Shown here piece after piece: positions 1 to 11,603 of a stretch of 19,800 bases of DNA (its first letter is position 1; every line of letters starts with the position of its first letter). The DNA comes from Ginkgo biloba. Taxonomy: Eukaryota > Plantae > Ginkgophyta. The DNA lies in NCBI GenBank assembly GCA_024626585.2, contig JANKJI020000004.1, forward strand, positions 132,701 through 152,500, given 5' to 3'. The notes under the pieces are model-generated. The model was not told where the DNA came from and did not search any database. It was given only the letters and a program-made list of their open reading frames with translations. A program made the position numbers and the translations under genes.

Positions 1-373
1 CTAGAACATATGGAAGGTACTAGCATCATTCAAGCTTAAGGTTTTGGGATGGTTGGTGATATATCATAGCCTTGTAGTCAAAGATCGATTAATAAAATTA
101 GCCCTGACGGATCCATGGTATGTTGTATGTCAAAAGAATGAAATCATTTTACATGTATTCTTGCAATGCCCAATAGATAAACTCTTTTGGAACCAAATAC
201 AGGTTGAGTATGGAGAATTATTTGTAGCTTTAATGTGGAAGAGGGTAACTCTAGGAGATAAATAGATGATCATGACTTATTTGGGATACCATAAGGCTTG
301 TAGGTATCTCCTTCTTGTGGAAATGAATATGTAATTTATTTTTTCAAGGAAGAGGGGATACCTTGCACTTGAA
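1..373 (+). mobile_element. L1-like LINE ORF2 C-terminal fragment (zf-RVT zinc-binding region), decayed
   Basis: ORF 44..265 reads LVVKDRL...VVCQKNEIILHVFLQCP...FW, a degenerate C-x2-C...E-x3-H-x-F-x2-C motif. It is followed by WDTIRLVGISFLWK*ICNLFFQG (the LW..RN...F motif of plant L1 elements) up to the N gap. Confidence 0.8.
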
Positions 374-432
374 NNNNNNNNNNNNNNNNNNNNNNNNNNN
401 NNNNNNNNNNNNNNNNNNNNNNNNNNNNNNNN

Positions 433-2450
433 ATAAGTAGAGTCGACTCTAGCTGTAGACAGGTATGATATGATTTCTCTTCTCACCTTCATAGGGAGAA
501 GGCATGTGATCCAATTCTTTCTAGAGGTAATATAAGCATCATTCTTTTAAAAAAAAAGAAATATACTATGCCATTTGCACTTGGTTCTCATTGGGAATTC
601 CCCACATAAAGATCTTCGATTTAGTTCTATTAATTTGCTAACCATAAGTTAGAGTGTAAATCCTCAAATCTTAGTGTGAAGCTGTCATTTCTTTGAACTT
701 GGGATTCCCCAAAGTAGCTCTATCATTTGCAAAGAGTTGATGGGTTATAAACAATTTTTTCTCGTCTATTAGAAAGGCGTCCAAAAGACCAACTTCCATA
801 AGCCACTTGAGTAAAGCAGAGAAAACTTTTAATGCTAACGCATAAACATAGAATGAGAGTGGAGAGCACCATATAATGCCCCTAGAAGCATAAATGATAG
901 ATGAAAGCATGTTGATGGCTATGTTAAAGTTTATCATCTTCAAAATGGCCTTGGATTATCTCAAAGACAACTAAGGTAAGCCTTTACATTTGAAAATTGC
1001 CAAAATGTAGTCCCATTCCATTATGTTATAGGCTTTGCTAATATCAAGCTTGAGAAGCATCAGAGGAATTTTCCTAGTTTGGGCCATATAATTACTTCCA
1101 TAACTATAGTTATGTTATCAACAATTTTTCAATCCTTAACAAAGGCAAACTAGGCATCTCCTACCATTTCCTACATAAAAGGCCCAAGCCTAGTTGTAAT
1201 TGTCTTTGTTATTATCTTATAAGAGATCTTGCACAAAATGATTAGTCTCTAGTGTTACATTGATGATGGTTTTGAGATTTTTCGAATAAGGACCACTATT
1301 GTAGCAATGATTGTTGGATATAGGGATCCTTTGAGTAAAGTTTCCTTACTAATCTCTTGGAGTAAAGGAATTATTCTATCCTCAACTAGAATTCTATTGG
1401 GAGACTGTCTAGGCTTGAGGTTTTTCCTTAATCTAATTTGTTCATTACTACTTCTATCTCTTCCCTGGAAATGTCCCTTTCCATCTAGCCATTTAAAGCA
1501 ACGACTATCCCTTCTAAAATGGGTGTAATCTTACCAAAAATAATCTTAGTAGCTTGCAACCTACGTATATTGATGTCTCTAGCTTGCCATATCACTTGAT
1601 ATAATCCCTGATCATATTTTGAATCACACACTGATTAAAGTTAAGATTGTCATCTGCACCCGCAAGAAAACTAACTCTTGTGTTTTCCTTCTTTCTTTCA
1701 GCAACTTAATTAAATAATTATGTGTTCTTGTCCCTCCTATTGACACCACTTAACTTTATTTTGAATTATGAATTCTTGTGCCCAAGCTTCATTGTTGGAG
1801 TTGATTGTGATAGTCAATCCCTCCTCCCTCTTTCTTTGAGCTGGGGAGCAAGTCCCAAAGTTGCCTTAGAGCTAAACTTGGGCTAACTCCTTTTTTACAA
1901 GTTCTAGTTGAGAATTTTCCTCCCTAACTTTTTGCTTCCCATATTCTTTGATGTGACCCTTGAATTTCTTTATGATTTTGACCCATACTTTTTATGGGAT
2001 TGAAGCTTCCCCTACTTGATATGTTATTTGGTCCCACCATAGTTTGAGTTTGTGCACAAAGGAAGGATCCTTCATGCAGGAGGCATTAAATTTGAAGGTA
2101 ATGTTTCCCTTTTCAATCCAAATGTCTTTAGTCATTATGCAGAAGAATTTTGGTTGATGATTAGAGATCGTTACAGTTGAAATGGAAATGTAACAATGCA
2201 TCCTTAACTCTTGCTAAATTTTAGAAGATAGATATATTCTATCTAGTCTCTCTTTTATGTTATTTGGGCCCATTCTCCCATTAGACACCAACTTTTAAAT
2301 TCATGCATTCTTTTAGTAGCCTCGACATATCAATTTCAACACAAATCTTTACTACACCTTGAGTTCTTCTTTCCATGGTGAGGGGGTCTAGCTTTAATAT
2401 GGCCCTAAACATCAAACAAATCTTTACCAGGATATTAAAACTTCTAAATT
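433..2450 (-). mobile_element. L1-like LINE ORF2 remnant (end of endonuclease through reverse transcriptase), many stops and frameshifts
   Basis: Minus-strand motifs occur in the expected order: ERLDRIYLS and SNHQP (SDH-like, ~2150-2250), FKFNASCMKDPSF...WW (~2030-2100), CKISYKIITKTI (~1200-1230), LLKLDISKAYN (~1025-1060), SRGIIWCSPLS (QG.PLS, ~860-890) and HQLFAND (LFADD, ~720-745). Both ends are approximate. Confidence 0.85.
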
Positions 2451-2854
2451 TGTTTGGCAGATATGGAAAACAATCTGTATCATAATCCCTACAAGTCTAG
2501 AATTATCTAGAGTGAAAAGCGTTGCCACCATCGCAAGACCAAACTAGAGTTCTAGAAGCACCGTGGCCTTCCAGTGAGGACATTTTGAAGGTCTTGGCAT
2601 AACAAGAATTCATTTTTTTTTCAGAGAACACCTGCGCTGCGTTGATTGCTGGTCGATTTTGAAAAAATCTCACGAAATCTATTCGAATCTTCTCAAATTG
2701 GTTCGGAGCAACCCTTAGCAAATCAATTTTAGCAACTTCATATTAGCTTCAAAAAAATCAACTTTAGCAACCTTATTAAACCTTCCACAATAGAGTAAAC
2801 TCCTTTAGAACACAAAAACAACAAAATGTACAAAACCTCCAACTGTATGCTTAC

Positions 2855-2970
2855 CTCCCCCATAGCCCATACCAGATGACTGACGGCCATCATATAATCC
2901 ATAGGAGTCCTGCCCAGCCATTGAACCTCTGGCACCCCCACCATAACCTACTTGGGAACCTCGTCCAAGT
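2855..2970 (-). CDS. hnRNP Q/R-like exon: Gly/Tyr/Ser-rich tail
   Basis: Acceptor tttgctctAG|A completes an Arg codon; reads LGRGSQVGYGGGARGSMAGQDSYGLYDGRQSSGMGYGG; donor G|GTAAG. No stop is reached, so the gene continues; I found no next exon in 1-2854. Confidence 0.88.
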
Positions 2971-4341
2971 CTAGAGCAAAAATAATCATATGAATCAAAA
3001 ATACAATCAAACTGATTGTTGTTACACGTAGACATAAAAATATACAACCCATCAGTACTCACCTGGCAGATTCACCATAGGGAGGATCACCATACTGTGA
3101 AGTACCAGCATTTACACCGTAGCCCAGTCGAGCTCTAGACTGTCTCAAGGCAGGATCCGCATATCTAGGTTCATCATCCTGAAGATGAGAAAAGAGTATT
3201 AAATTTTCGTAAAACCTCTCCCTGGAACAAAATCACAATAGGAAGCAAGCTTTACAGAAAGCACCAAGAGCCTACCATTGCAGAATATGGACGTTTTGAT
3301 CCAGATACTGCATCATAATCTCGTGCACGACCATCACGATAGGCCCGATCTACACGTCGTCCATAACCTTCGTCTGGGTATGAAGCCCTGCGCGAGGCAC
3401 TCCTTGATGCCATATGAGNNNNNNNNNNNNNNNNNNNNNNNNNNNNNNNNNNNNNNNNNNNNNNNNNNNNNNNNNNNNNNNNNNNNNATGACGACCGCCT
3501 TGCAGCAGCTGCTCGGGTAGCAAAATCTGGAGCAGATCTTGATGATCGGGCCTGACGATCATCGTACAATTCATCTCGCCTTCCATAATCCCTTCTTGCA
3601 CTGCTCCTTGGATAGGCTGCAAATCCAAAATAATAAAAGTATTTTACTATATACAACACAAGTAGGGAACAAAGAACCATAACATCAGCAAATTCCCATA
3701 AAGAACAAAAATAGCTGCTACCAACACACTACCTAGTGGCGGCCTCCTATCACGTGCCCTCTCAAGAGGTGGTAGATGTCTGCTTCCAACCCTGTCTGGA
3801 ATTGGTGGCAATCGACCTTCTCTTCCAGCAAAAGGACGTTTTCCACCCCGACCAACAATTTGACCACCACGACCAATACCTCGTCCACCACGACCCCCAA
3901 ACCTCCTCGATTCAAAATGACCAGGGCCACGACCCCAGGGCCCTCTCCCACCACGTATGCCACCTCTCCCAATACGATAACCTCCACGAGCACCATGCTT
4001 CAATAACCTACCCTTTTGGTGAGGCTTTGACAATCTTACTTTAACCTTAACCTGCAAAGCAACAATACAAGGCTCATAAATAAAGCTAAAATTATTATAT
4101 AAAACTTCATTTGCATTAATAAAATAAGGGGTTACCTTGTTGTCCCCTTCACCAAGTTCTGTGTTGTTAACTCCCTCTATAGACGCCACAGCAGCATCAT
4201 GAGTTGTGAAGGTAACAAATCCAAAGTCTTTTCGCCTCGCTGAAGGCATGTTGCGGGCCAACTGAACTTTCTCAATTTCCCCATATTTTTTAAATTGCTC
4301 TTTAACACGNNNNNNNNNNNNNNNNNNNNNNNNNNNNNTAC
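2855..4341 (-). CDS. hnRNP Q/R-like (multi-RRM + RGG) RNA-binding protein gene, partial: five exons visible, 5' exons and final exon(s) not visible
   Basis: Exons 4341-4136, 4051-3733, 3616-3276, 3178-3063 and 2970-2855 are joined by GT-AG introns with consistent phases (0, 1, 0, 2). The protein has the RRM segment KYGEIEKVQLARNMPSARRKDFGFVTF..HDAAV (RNP1-like), then ELGEGDNKVKVKVRLSKP, an RGG tract and SGSKRPYSAMDDEPRYAD. From memory these match the plant hnRNP Q/R-like family (Arabidopsis At2g44710-type). Confidence 0.9.
3063..3178 (-). CDS. hnRNP Q/R-like exon (missed by the ORF track)
   Basis: Acceptor tcatcttcAG|GAT; reads DDEPRYADPALRQSRARLGYGVNAGTSQYGDPPYGESA(R); donor AG|GTGAGT; 116 nt (phase 2). 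Confidence 0.9.
3276..3616 (-). CDS. hnRNP Q/R-like exon: Arg/Ser/Tyr/Asp-rich region (contains a 69-N gap)
   Basis: Acceptor ggatttgcAG|CC completes an Ala codon with the G from the previous exon. Reads AYPRSSARRDYGRRDEL...RDYDAVSGSKRPYSAM; donor ATG|GTAGG. The frame is preserved across the gap. Confidence 0.88.
3733..4051 (-). CDS. hnRNP Q/R-like exon: end of RRM and RGG/RG-rich box
   Basis: Acceptor gctttgcAG|GTT; reads VKVKVRLSKPHQKGRLLKHGARGGYRIGRGGIRGGRG...RDRRPPL; donor CTAG|GTAGTG; 319 nt (phase 1). Confidence 0.9.
4136..4341 (-). CDS. hnRNP Q/R-like exon: last RRM domain
   Basis: Acceptor ctattccAG|GTA gives exon start 4341. After the 29-N gap it reads RVKEQFKKYGEIEKVQLARNMPSARRKDFGFVTFTTHDAAVASIEGVNNTELGEGDNK. 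Donor AAG|GTAAC at 4136/4135. Confidence 0.9.
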
Positions 4342-4769
4342 CTGGAATAGAGCAGGTAAGTATTGAGTCTATTAAACAAGTAAATTAGTACAGCACATCC
4401 ACAACACATTTCCGCGTTGGCCCATGTAACTGGGAGTAGACAAACATCTATTTTGGCCAACAGTATATTTTAGCAGTTAAATTATCATATACAAAAAGGC
4501 TATATGAGATTTCATAGACAGTCAACACACATTTGTTTCAACCAGTTTTAAAATCTTGTNNNNNNNNNNNNNNNNNNNNNNNNNNNNNNNNNNNNNNNNN
4601 NNNNNNNNNNNNNNNNNNNNNNNNNNNNNNNNNNNNNNNNNNNNNNNNNNNNNNNNNNNTCTCTCAGGTTTATTCAACTTAGGCTTTTGTCTCTCAAGGT
4701 TTCTTGTCCACGATTTGCCAATGACCTCTTACAATCCCTGATTGTTGAATTATGATAGATTTTTATTCT

Positions 4770-5300
4770 CCCCACATAGATGTGATTCCTTTATAAAATG
4801 TACCCTATTCTTTATTATAGGTTGATAAGTCCTATTATAGACACTAGTCCTTAAAGTTTCTCCACGTAAGCTAATCAATATTCTTGATCTCTTCTTCTAT
4901 AATCTAGCTATTGTCCTTGGGTGGTAATCCATCCCATTCTACCAAGTATCTAACATATCTTCCTTTTTTGGTCTTGACCACTTTTTGGTCCAACACTTTC
5001 ACAAATCCTTTCCTTCTTCTTCTTCGGAACATATTGCTACCAATATTCATCTTCTTCTTTTGGCACTTTGTCCCCTTGGTATTTTTATATATTAATGACA
5101 TTAAACATGGGTGATATATCAAAGTCGTTAGGAAGATTCACTTGGTATGAATTCTCGTTTATCTTATTGATGATTTGACATGGTATAATTTTCTAGTATT
5201 TTAACTTGGTATACGTTCCTTTTGGAAACCTATCCTTTATCAGATGTACCATCACCAAGTCTTCGAATTTGAATTCTTTATTTTGATACAACATAATAAA
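4770..5300 (-). mobile_element. Ty3/gypsy chromovirus relic A: integrase C-terminal GPY/F region plus chromodomain
   Basis: KEFKFEDLVMVHLIKDRFPKGTYTKLKY*KIIPCQIINKINENSYQVNLPNDFDISPMFNV (~5280-5095) is followed by KVLDQKVVKTKKGRYVRYLVEWDGLPPKDNS (chromodomain-like, ~4990-4905). A purine tract GGGGAGAA near 4770 is a candidate PPT. Confidence 0.85.
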
Positions 5301-6950
5301 ATTTAGATAGATATATTTTCTTAGGGTAGGAAATCATCTCACTTGTCTTGATCATTTGTATCCTCTAAATCTGTGGGTTCAGAGTGCATAGACTAGTTTG
5401 ACATTGCCATCTCATCTTCATCGTCCTCCATAGAGTTGTTGGAGTTGGATTACACTGATTGCAATCTAAATTTAGGGCTAGGCACTCTAGGATCTACTAC
5501 ATGTTGAGCAACATTGTCTTCAAATGTCATATTGATCTAAAATTTTAACCANNNNNNNNNNTTGGTGATCTATTTTGATCTAAATATCACTTCACCTTCA
5601 TCAAGTATTATGTATTGAGGCATATCTTGCAATGGAAGTATGCCCTTTCAACACCAAGTACTCTATCCTACTTAATAATTGCTCCCCTAGTTGCCAATTG
5701 GATTCAAAATAGTAATACTCTCCATGTTTGATAGCTTTGGTTTCACTCAATAACGCCCAATACGCATGCATACAAAAGTACATTTGTAGAATTTGTGTAA
5801 GCTTATCTTCATGCAATAATTGGGTCACAACTCATCAAGATTATGCTTATATTACAAAATAAAATGTTGGTTACTTAATGTCTTGACTTCAGTATACTTG
5901 GAGTTAGGGTGTCAAATAATTTGTCATCTCTATGATACTAATCAATTATTTCCAAAACCTAATCCAATTCTTAGATCATGATTTGTGCAAAATCCTTTAG
6001 CTTTATCCTTTGCTTCATCTTAGTAGTCATTGTGTTAATTCAATACTTCTCAAGTTCATCCCTCATGAGTCCCAAATAAATAAAAAAAGGCTTAGCTTAA
6101 TCCATAAATGAGATTTTTTTCCTTATAGTTTTGCATTATAATGCTTAGGGTTGTTTTTGCCTTCTCAAGGATACAACATGCTTTATCTATCCTATAGTGC
6201 CATTAGTTGTTGGCCAACCAACTAGCTATCTAATCACCCTTTCCTCGTAGGATTTGGATTGGGATTTAGATCACTGCCATAGATGTGGAAATCTTGTTAG
6301 TTACTTAACCATTTAATGATGATACAAAGTCAATTCAAAGAATTAGCAATATTATTTCCCATAATTACTTGCAAATATTTTTTAATGACTACATTTATTA
6401 AATTTAACTTTCCTACCTTCCATATTTTTTTCATGTATATTTTTCCTAAGTAAGAACCCTTTTCCTTTATGTTCAAATGCCATTGGGCTTAAGAATATGT
6501 TGCACTAGGCAGACACCAACTGTTGAACTTCTCGATTAATGTCCTTATCTTTAGTTTCATGCATGATGTTTACGATGAACCATTTGTTTCAATCTTACTT
6601 GACAATTGATTCAAAACCTCTTGTGATTAGTTTATGTTGTACTTTCGATCAAAATTTTGCACCATTTTTGAATTATTTATTGATTTGTAGGGATTGTTTC
6701 AAAAGGCAGGAATTCTTTCATACATTTCAACTACCTCATTTATGTTTCTTAGGGAAATTGCTCCTCTTACTGCATGCACTTTATTCGATCATGCAAAATT
6801 TCATCCTACCATGCCCCTCCACTCGGAGCTCATTCCTCAAAATGCAAAGTATTTAGACTCTGATCATAGTGGCCACTTGATCTCCCATGAGGCAGGGGTG
6901 AGCAAGCATTCCTTATCCAATATTCAATTCATTTTTCATTTTAAATATTA
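5300..6950 (-). mobile_element. Highly decayed upstream gag/pol part of gypsy relic A
   Basis: Faint minus-strand motifs in the right order: zinc-knuckle-like C...GH near 6870-6900, protease-like CKILI (~6660), a C.I.L..PW.F-like remnant (~6480-6505) and a VI...GWP remnant (~6210-6250). All are frameshifted and were recognised by eye only. Confidence 0.5.
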
Positions 6951-7403
6951 TTATTTCATTTTTATTTAGTGAAATCCATGGAGATACCAATATTTGAGTT
7001 TTAGGACTTTAATCCCTTCATTTTCAACTCAATTTCTATATTTGCATCTTCTTCAACCAATATTGTTTTAAACTCTATTGTTTGAATTCATTTGTTTATT
7101 GGCTGCATTTTGAGTTTCATTTATTACATTTGAATCCCTTTGTAAAGATTTGAGTCTTCGACTAGTTTGTGCTTTAAGATTTATCTCCTTGGGTTTGATC
7201 AAGTTTCAATTGATGGGAACATCTTTATTTGCAATTGTTCTATATAATACATTTTTAGATTTAATGTTAATTGTGATTTTCAATAATTGTATGACTTTGT
7301 TTTCTTATTTCTTTGTTTTTAATACAATTTTGTTTTAGAAAAACTACAACATTCCTACCTTTTAAATCTACATGCCAACAATATCAAAACATGAAAAAAA
7401 GAT

Positions 7404-7421
7404 AAAAAAAAAAAAAAAAAA
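7404..7421 (+). repeat. A18 homopolymer
   Basis: 18 consecutive A; either a simple repeat or a retroposon tail. Confidence 0.9.
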
Positions 7422-7489
7422 TGCATAAGAAATATTGATTTATAATAATGACTCAAGTGTTGCAAGTAAAACTACATGTCAAGCATATA

Positions 7490-8525
7490 AACCTAGACCA
7501 TTAGGGCCAATGGTAGACTAGGCATCTTGGGCTATCATCAACTGCTAACCATTGGGGACCACCTAAAGGAGCCTATTTGACTGCCAACCAAATCTCTAGT
7601 ACATAAATGCTGACCATCAACACTAAGAACCTAAAGATGCTCTACTTGATTCCACCCCTTATGGCTAAATAAGAGTGCTAGGTGTAGGCCCATTTTCAAC
7701 CTCGCTTTGACACTAGCAGTATCTCCCTGATGAAATGTCCACCCCACTGCCAATACTATGCATACAAGCATAATTGACTACAACAAATTGTGAGTAAGAA
7801 CAATGTGCACAAAAATATATACTAATACAAGTCAATCCTGAGAGGTATGGGCCATTCCCAGTGCTAGCACACCTCATAGCATTGAGACCTCTCCCGAGAG
7901 TTCTCAGGGTGCTAGCCCTACCTTCACTATCAATAGCCCTATGACTCCAAGTGACAAAATGCTCGCTATGGGCTATGGCTTGTACGGTCCCAAGAGAGAC
8001 ATAGAGCATCCACTACACAAGCATACCTACACCTGCAACTAATAATCCCCTCAGTGGTTTCCTTGCTAGGAAACACTGCCATGCGAACTGGGTTCTAGGG
8101 TTTAAGACCCTTAGAATGAGGATGCCCTCAATAGGAGATTATAATCATGAAGAGAGAAGATGACTAAAGGTTATCTAAGCCCTGACAAACCTCTATATGC
8201 AATAAAAAAGGGCACCAACCCTCACATGGAGTTGGGCTTACTTCTAGGGCTACACCCAACCTAGGAAGCCCTGTCTGGCATAGCATTCTCTCTAACCACT
8301 CCTTGAAGGGAGGTGCCCCTGGTTGGAATGCCCTCTTGGCACTTTCTTTCACAATTTTCTCTCTCCTAAGCACCTCTCCATGGGATTTCACCAACACGTG
8401 CAATATATGTAACTAGATCCCATCAATAAATAAGCTTAGGTTTAGTAGTGTCCCTCAAGGTTGAATTTACGACTCCCCTTGACCCACTCTTCAAGGCCAA
8501 ATTCACAAAATCCTGAGCTATAACA
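7490..8525 (-). repeat. 3' LTR of gypsy relic B (left boundary approximate)
   Basis: On the minus strand the sequence begins TGTTATAGCTCAGGA at 8525, directly after a polypurine tract. It is non-coding, more GC-rich than its flanks and similar in part to 12115-12178. Confidence 0.7.
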
Positions 8526-8536
8526 TCTCCCCCCGC
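8526..8536 (-). other. Polypurine tract (PPT) of gypsy relic B
   Basis: Minus strand GCGGGGGGAGA sits immediately before the TG LTR start and just after the chromodomain. Confidence 0.85.
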
Positions 8537-8539
8537 ATT

Positions 8540-9572
8540 GCGAAGATCATTGCCCTCATTGAGCCCAACTTCTCTAACAAAGGTCCACATGGATTCTTCA
8601 AGTGGCTAATTGGACCATTCCACAAGATACTCTATAATATCCTTGTTTCTCAGTCTTCTTGTCCTCTCATCCAATATGTCAATTGGATCTTGACCTTCTT
8701 ATTCAACTTGTTGGACATCAACATAAGTAGGCAAAACATTATCATATCTACATAAATCCTTCTTCAAATAACTGACATGAAACATGAGATCATCTTATCA
8801 TGGGCCAGTGACTACAATCTGTAAGCCACTTCACTAAATTTCTCCTGCACCCAAAAAGGACCACAATATCAAGGTGACAACTTAGCACAACGTCTCACTG
8901 ACAATGAGCTACTTGGCTTGACCCTGAGATATACCATATCTCCCACCTCGAGACTCCTCAATGATCTATGTTGATCTACATATAACTTAGCACGTACTTA
9001 TGCTCTTTCAATATTCCTTCATCACTCCCTTAATTCTTCTTCCATCTGCTCGAGCATCTCAAGGGCCCTTAAAATTCTTCAAATTAAGCTCCAAAGGAAT
9101 TAAGGGCTCAAAACTAGACATAGCCTTAAAGGGTGTCATACATGTAGTCAAGTGCTTACTGTTGTTGTATGCGATCTCCACAAAAAGAAGCCTCTCCTCC
9201 CAACTAGTCTATCTAGTGGCAAAATGAGACTTCAATGTATCCTCCATGATCTGATTAACTCACTTTGTTTGTCCATCTCTCTAAGGATAATTACAACTAA
9301 TGAAGTCCAACCTAGTGCCCAATTCACAAAACAACTCAGTCCATGCATGACTGGTGAACTTTGAATCTCGATCACTCACAATACTCTTAGGAATAGCAAA
9401 CTTAGTAAAGACCTAAGCAATCAAAATATCGGTTGTCTTTACCCTTATGAGTCATCCTGCAAGGAATAAACCGAGACATCTTTATGAATCAATCCACAAC
9501 AACCAAAATCTGGTCATGTTGTCATTGTGTCCTTGGTAGGGATGTCAGAAAATCCATGGAGATACTCCCCCA
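8540..9572 (-). mobile_element. Ty3/gypsy chromovirus relic B (Tekay/Del-like): integrase core, GPY/F region and chromodomain
   Basis: Motifs in order: WGSISMDFLTSLPRTQ*QHDQILVVVD (~9570-9490), IVSDRDSKFTSHAWTELF...DGQTK*VNQIMED (~9380-9240), VGDMVYLRVKP...KLSP*YCGPF...VAYRL, FHVSYLKK, DPIDILDERTRRLRNKDIIEYLVEWSN*PLEESMW. Confidence 0.92.
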
Positions 9573-9672
9573 NNNNNNNNNNNNNNNNNNNNNNNNNNNN
9601 NNNNNNNNNNNNNNNNNNNNNNNNNNNNNNNNNNNNNNNNNNNNNNNNNNNNNNNNNNNNNNNNNNNNNNNN

Positions 9673-10400
9673 TAAGGGCATACCTTTAACTACCCCTTGC
9701 TTTCCCCACAAAAATTTTCTGAATAGCCCTTCCATTTGGATATAGCCAGATTTGGCCAAAAAGAGACGGGGTGAATAATATATATGCCCCACAACCAAGA
9801 TAATGTCTACCACTGTAACGTTTCCTGCCAAAGGGAGGTGTCTAATGTTCCATCTTTGCATCTTAGCAGATAATTTATCCAGCACCCACTACCACTGATC
9901 CCTTGGAGAAACGCTAATACCAAAGGGGATACCAAAATATCTAATAATTTTCCCTGGCTGAATTATTTTCCATGCTTTATTCCACCAGTTTGGTGTCGTA
10001 TCATGTCCAATAAAGATGACCTCCATCTTTTCCTCACTAACTATTGCCCCTATTGCTTTTGAAAAGGTTTCCAAACATGCCAACGTNNNNNNNNNNNNNN
10101 NNNNNNNNNNNNNNNNNNNNNNNNNNNNNNNNNNNNNNNNNNNNNNNNNNNNNNNNNNNNNNNNNNNNNNNNNNNNNNNGGAGATGGCTGCCATTTGGGA
10201 GAAATATGCCTTTCATCTGTCCATCTACTTTGGCCACTTCCAGCAAGAAACCCAAGGCTTCTGCTTCAATGACATACAAGTAAGGGGATAATTGGCAACC
10301 CTGTCTAATAGGTATGATGGATTCGAAATTGTCTGTAGATGATCAAACCGTTGTATACCTTTTGATGATATAGGGTGCTCGGAAATGGTCGCCAAATATT
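9673..10400 (-). mobile_element. L1-like LINE reverse transcriptase, C-terminal half
   Basis: PIRQGCQLSPYLYVIEAEALG, FSKAIGAIVSEEK, RYFGIPFG and KMQRWNIRHLPLAG...FRKFLWG are classic L1 RT and post-RT motifs; interrupted by an N gap and a stop. Confidence 0.9.
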
Positions 10401-11309
10401 GTGAATGAATAGTCATCCTTCTAGATAATAGATTTGATTTGTACAGGCTAGAGATAAGCAGACTTGAACCGTTAACATCCACCACGGGGTAAGATCTATC
10501 AAGTCTTTGATCTTCTTTGTTTGGGAAAACCATTCTTTTAATACTTTCCATTCTTTGACAAGACCAAGAAAAGAGGATAACATAACATATTGATTCATCG
10601 AACTATTATGATGGGGTCTATCTATATGTACGTACATCTATACAATTGGATTGTATTAGTAAGCTCATCGTAAACAACCACTCAAGTCGAGGCGTAGGAG
10701 AATAAAGTCGAGATTGATTGAATAGGATGGAGATAGCATGATAATTTGACTCCCCCATAGGAGATTTCTGGTGATTGGGATTTCCACTTTTAGAGACCAT
10801 CCTCTTTAATTGTTCTCAAAGAGTTCTAGTTGTGCCTTCCATATATGAATGCAAACTTCGTCCTCATTCCTAATCAAGAATGTAAAATTTTTTTGTCAAT
10901 CCTGTGCCATTCCCTTTGCAAGTATTATGTATCTAATTCCTCGCAATTTTTTTCCTGGAGTTTAAGCATAGAACATTTCTAAAACAATATCTAGTTTTGT
11001 CTTTACCCATAGTCTAGATCTGCCACTTCATATACTATCCCTTCTTGTCTACAATATTAAATTAGCATTTTTATTATTGAAATGATTGACTTTTAAGAAA
11101 ACTGGTTGATTTAGTTTCATAACTATTATGAACAATGGAACATGTATTGATGAAGTAGGTAAATTTCCAAGATGAGATACATATTGCTAGTTGCATAGGA
11201 GATTTAGCANNNNNNNNNNNNNNNNNNNNNNNNNNNNNNNNNNNNNNNNNNNNNNNNNNNNNNNNNNNNNNNNNNNNNNNNNNNNNNNNNNNNNNNNNNN
11301 NNNNNNNNN

Positions 11310-11603
11310 TCTGATAATTCCAGAAACAATCAGTTGAATCCGTGCAACCAAGGCTTTTCCCAGAATTTTGTAGGAAACATTAAAGAGAGTTATAGGTCCC
11401 CATCCTCCTACCATTTCCCTCTTCGTTCCTTTGGGGATGAGCTTTATCACTCCTACATTAATCATTTCTCCCATTATGCCTATCCCGATGGATTCTTGGG
11501 ACATCTGAAGAAGATCATTTCCAATCATTGGTCACAATTTCTTATAGAACTCCACAGGCAATATGTCTGGTCCAAGAGATTTTCCATTGTTGATTTGCTT
11601 TAT
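11310..11603 (-). mobile_element. L1-like LINE reverse transcriptase, N-terminal part
   Basis: GKSLGPDILPVEFYKKL*PMIGNDL...GVIKLIPK...GGWGPITLFNVSYKILGKAL (KSPGPDG, LIPK and WRPI.L.N..YKI motifs); flanked by N gaps. Confidence 0.92.

Noticed and set aside
2855-3732. Two exons and one intron each exactly 116 nt long
   Set aside because: No sequence similarity among them; treated as coincidence.
3278-4044. Plus-strand ORFs 3278..3520, 3736..4044, 3776..4006 and alternative minus-frame ORFs 3350..3628, 3733..3996
   Set aside because: Shadows of the GC-rich, low-complexity hnRNP exons; their His/Thr/Val-rich translations simply mirror the RGG codons.
4310-4338. Apparent frameshift in the hnRNP RRM exon
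   Set aside because: It coincides with an N run of estimated length; the flanking codons and splice sites are intact, so it is not evidence of a pseudogene.
6539-9364. Short ORFs 6539..6856, 6694..6969, 7150..7338, 7713..8009, 8164..8403, 9000..9227, 9152..9364
   Set aside because: They lie antisense to decayed gypsy pol, within LTR sequence or in AT-rich filler, and show no recognisable domain or splice structure.
10400-11209. Short minus-strand ORFs between the two LINE RT pieces
   Set aside because: Probably further decayed retroelement sequence, but I could not identify a diagnostic motif, so it is not annotated.
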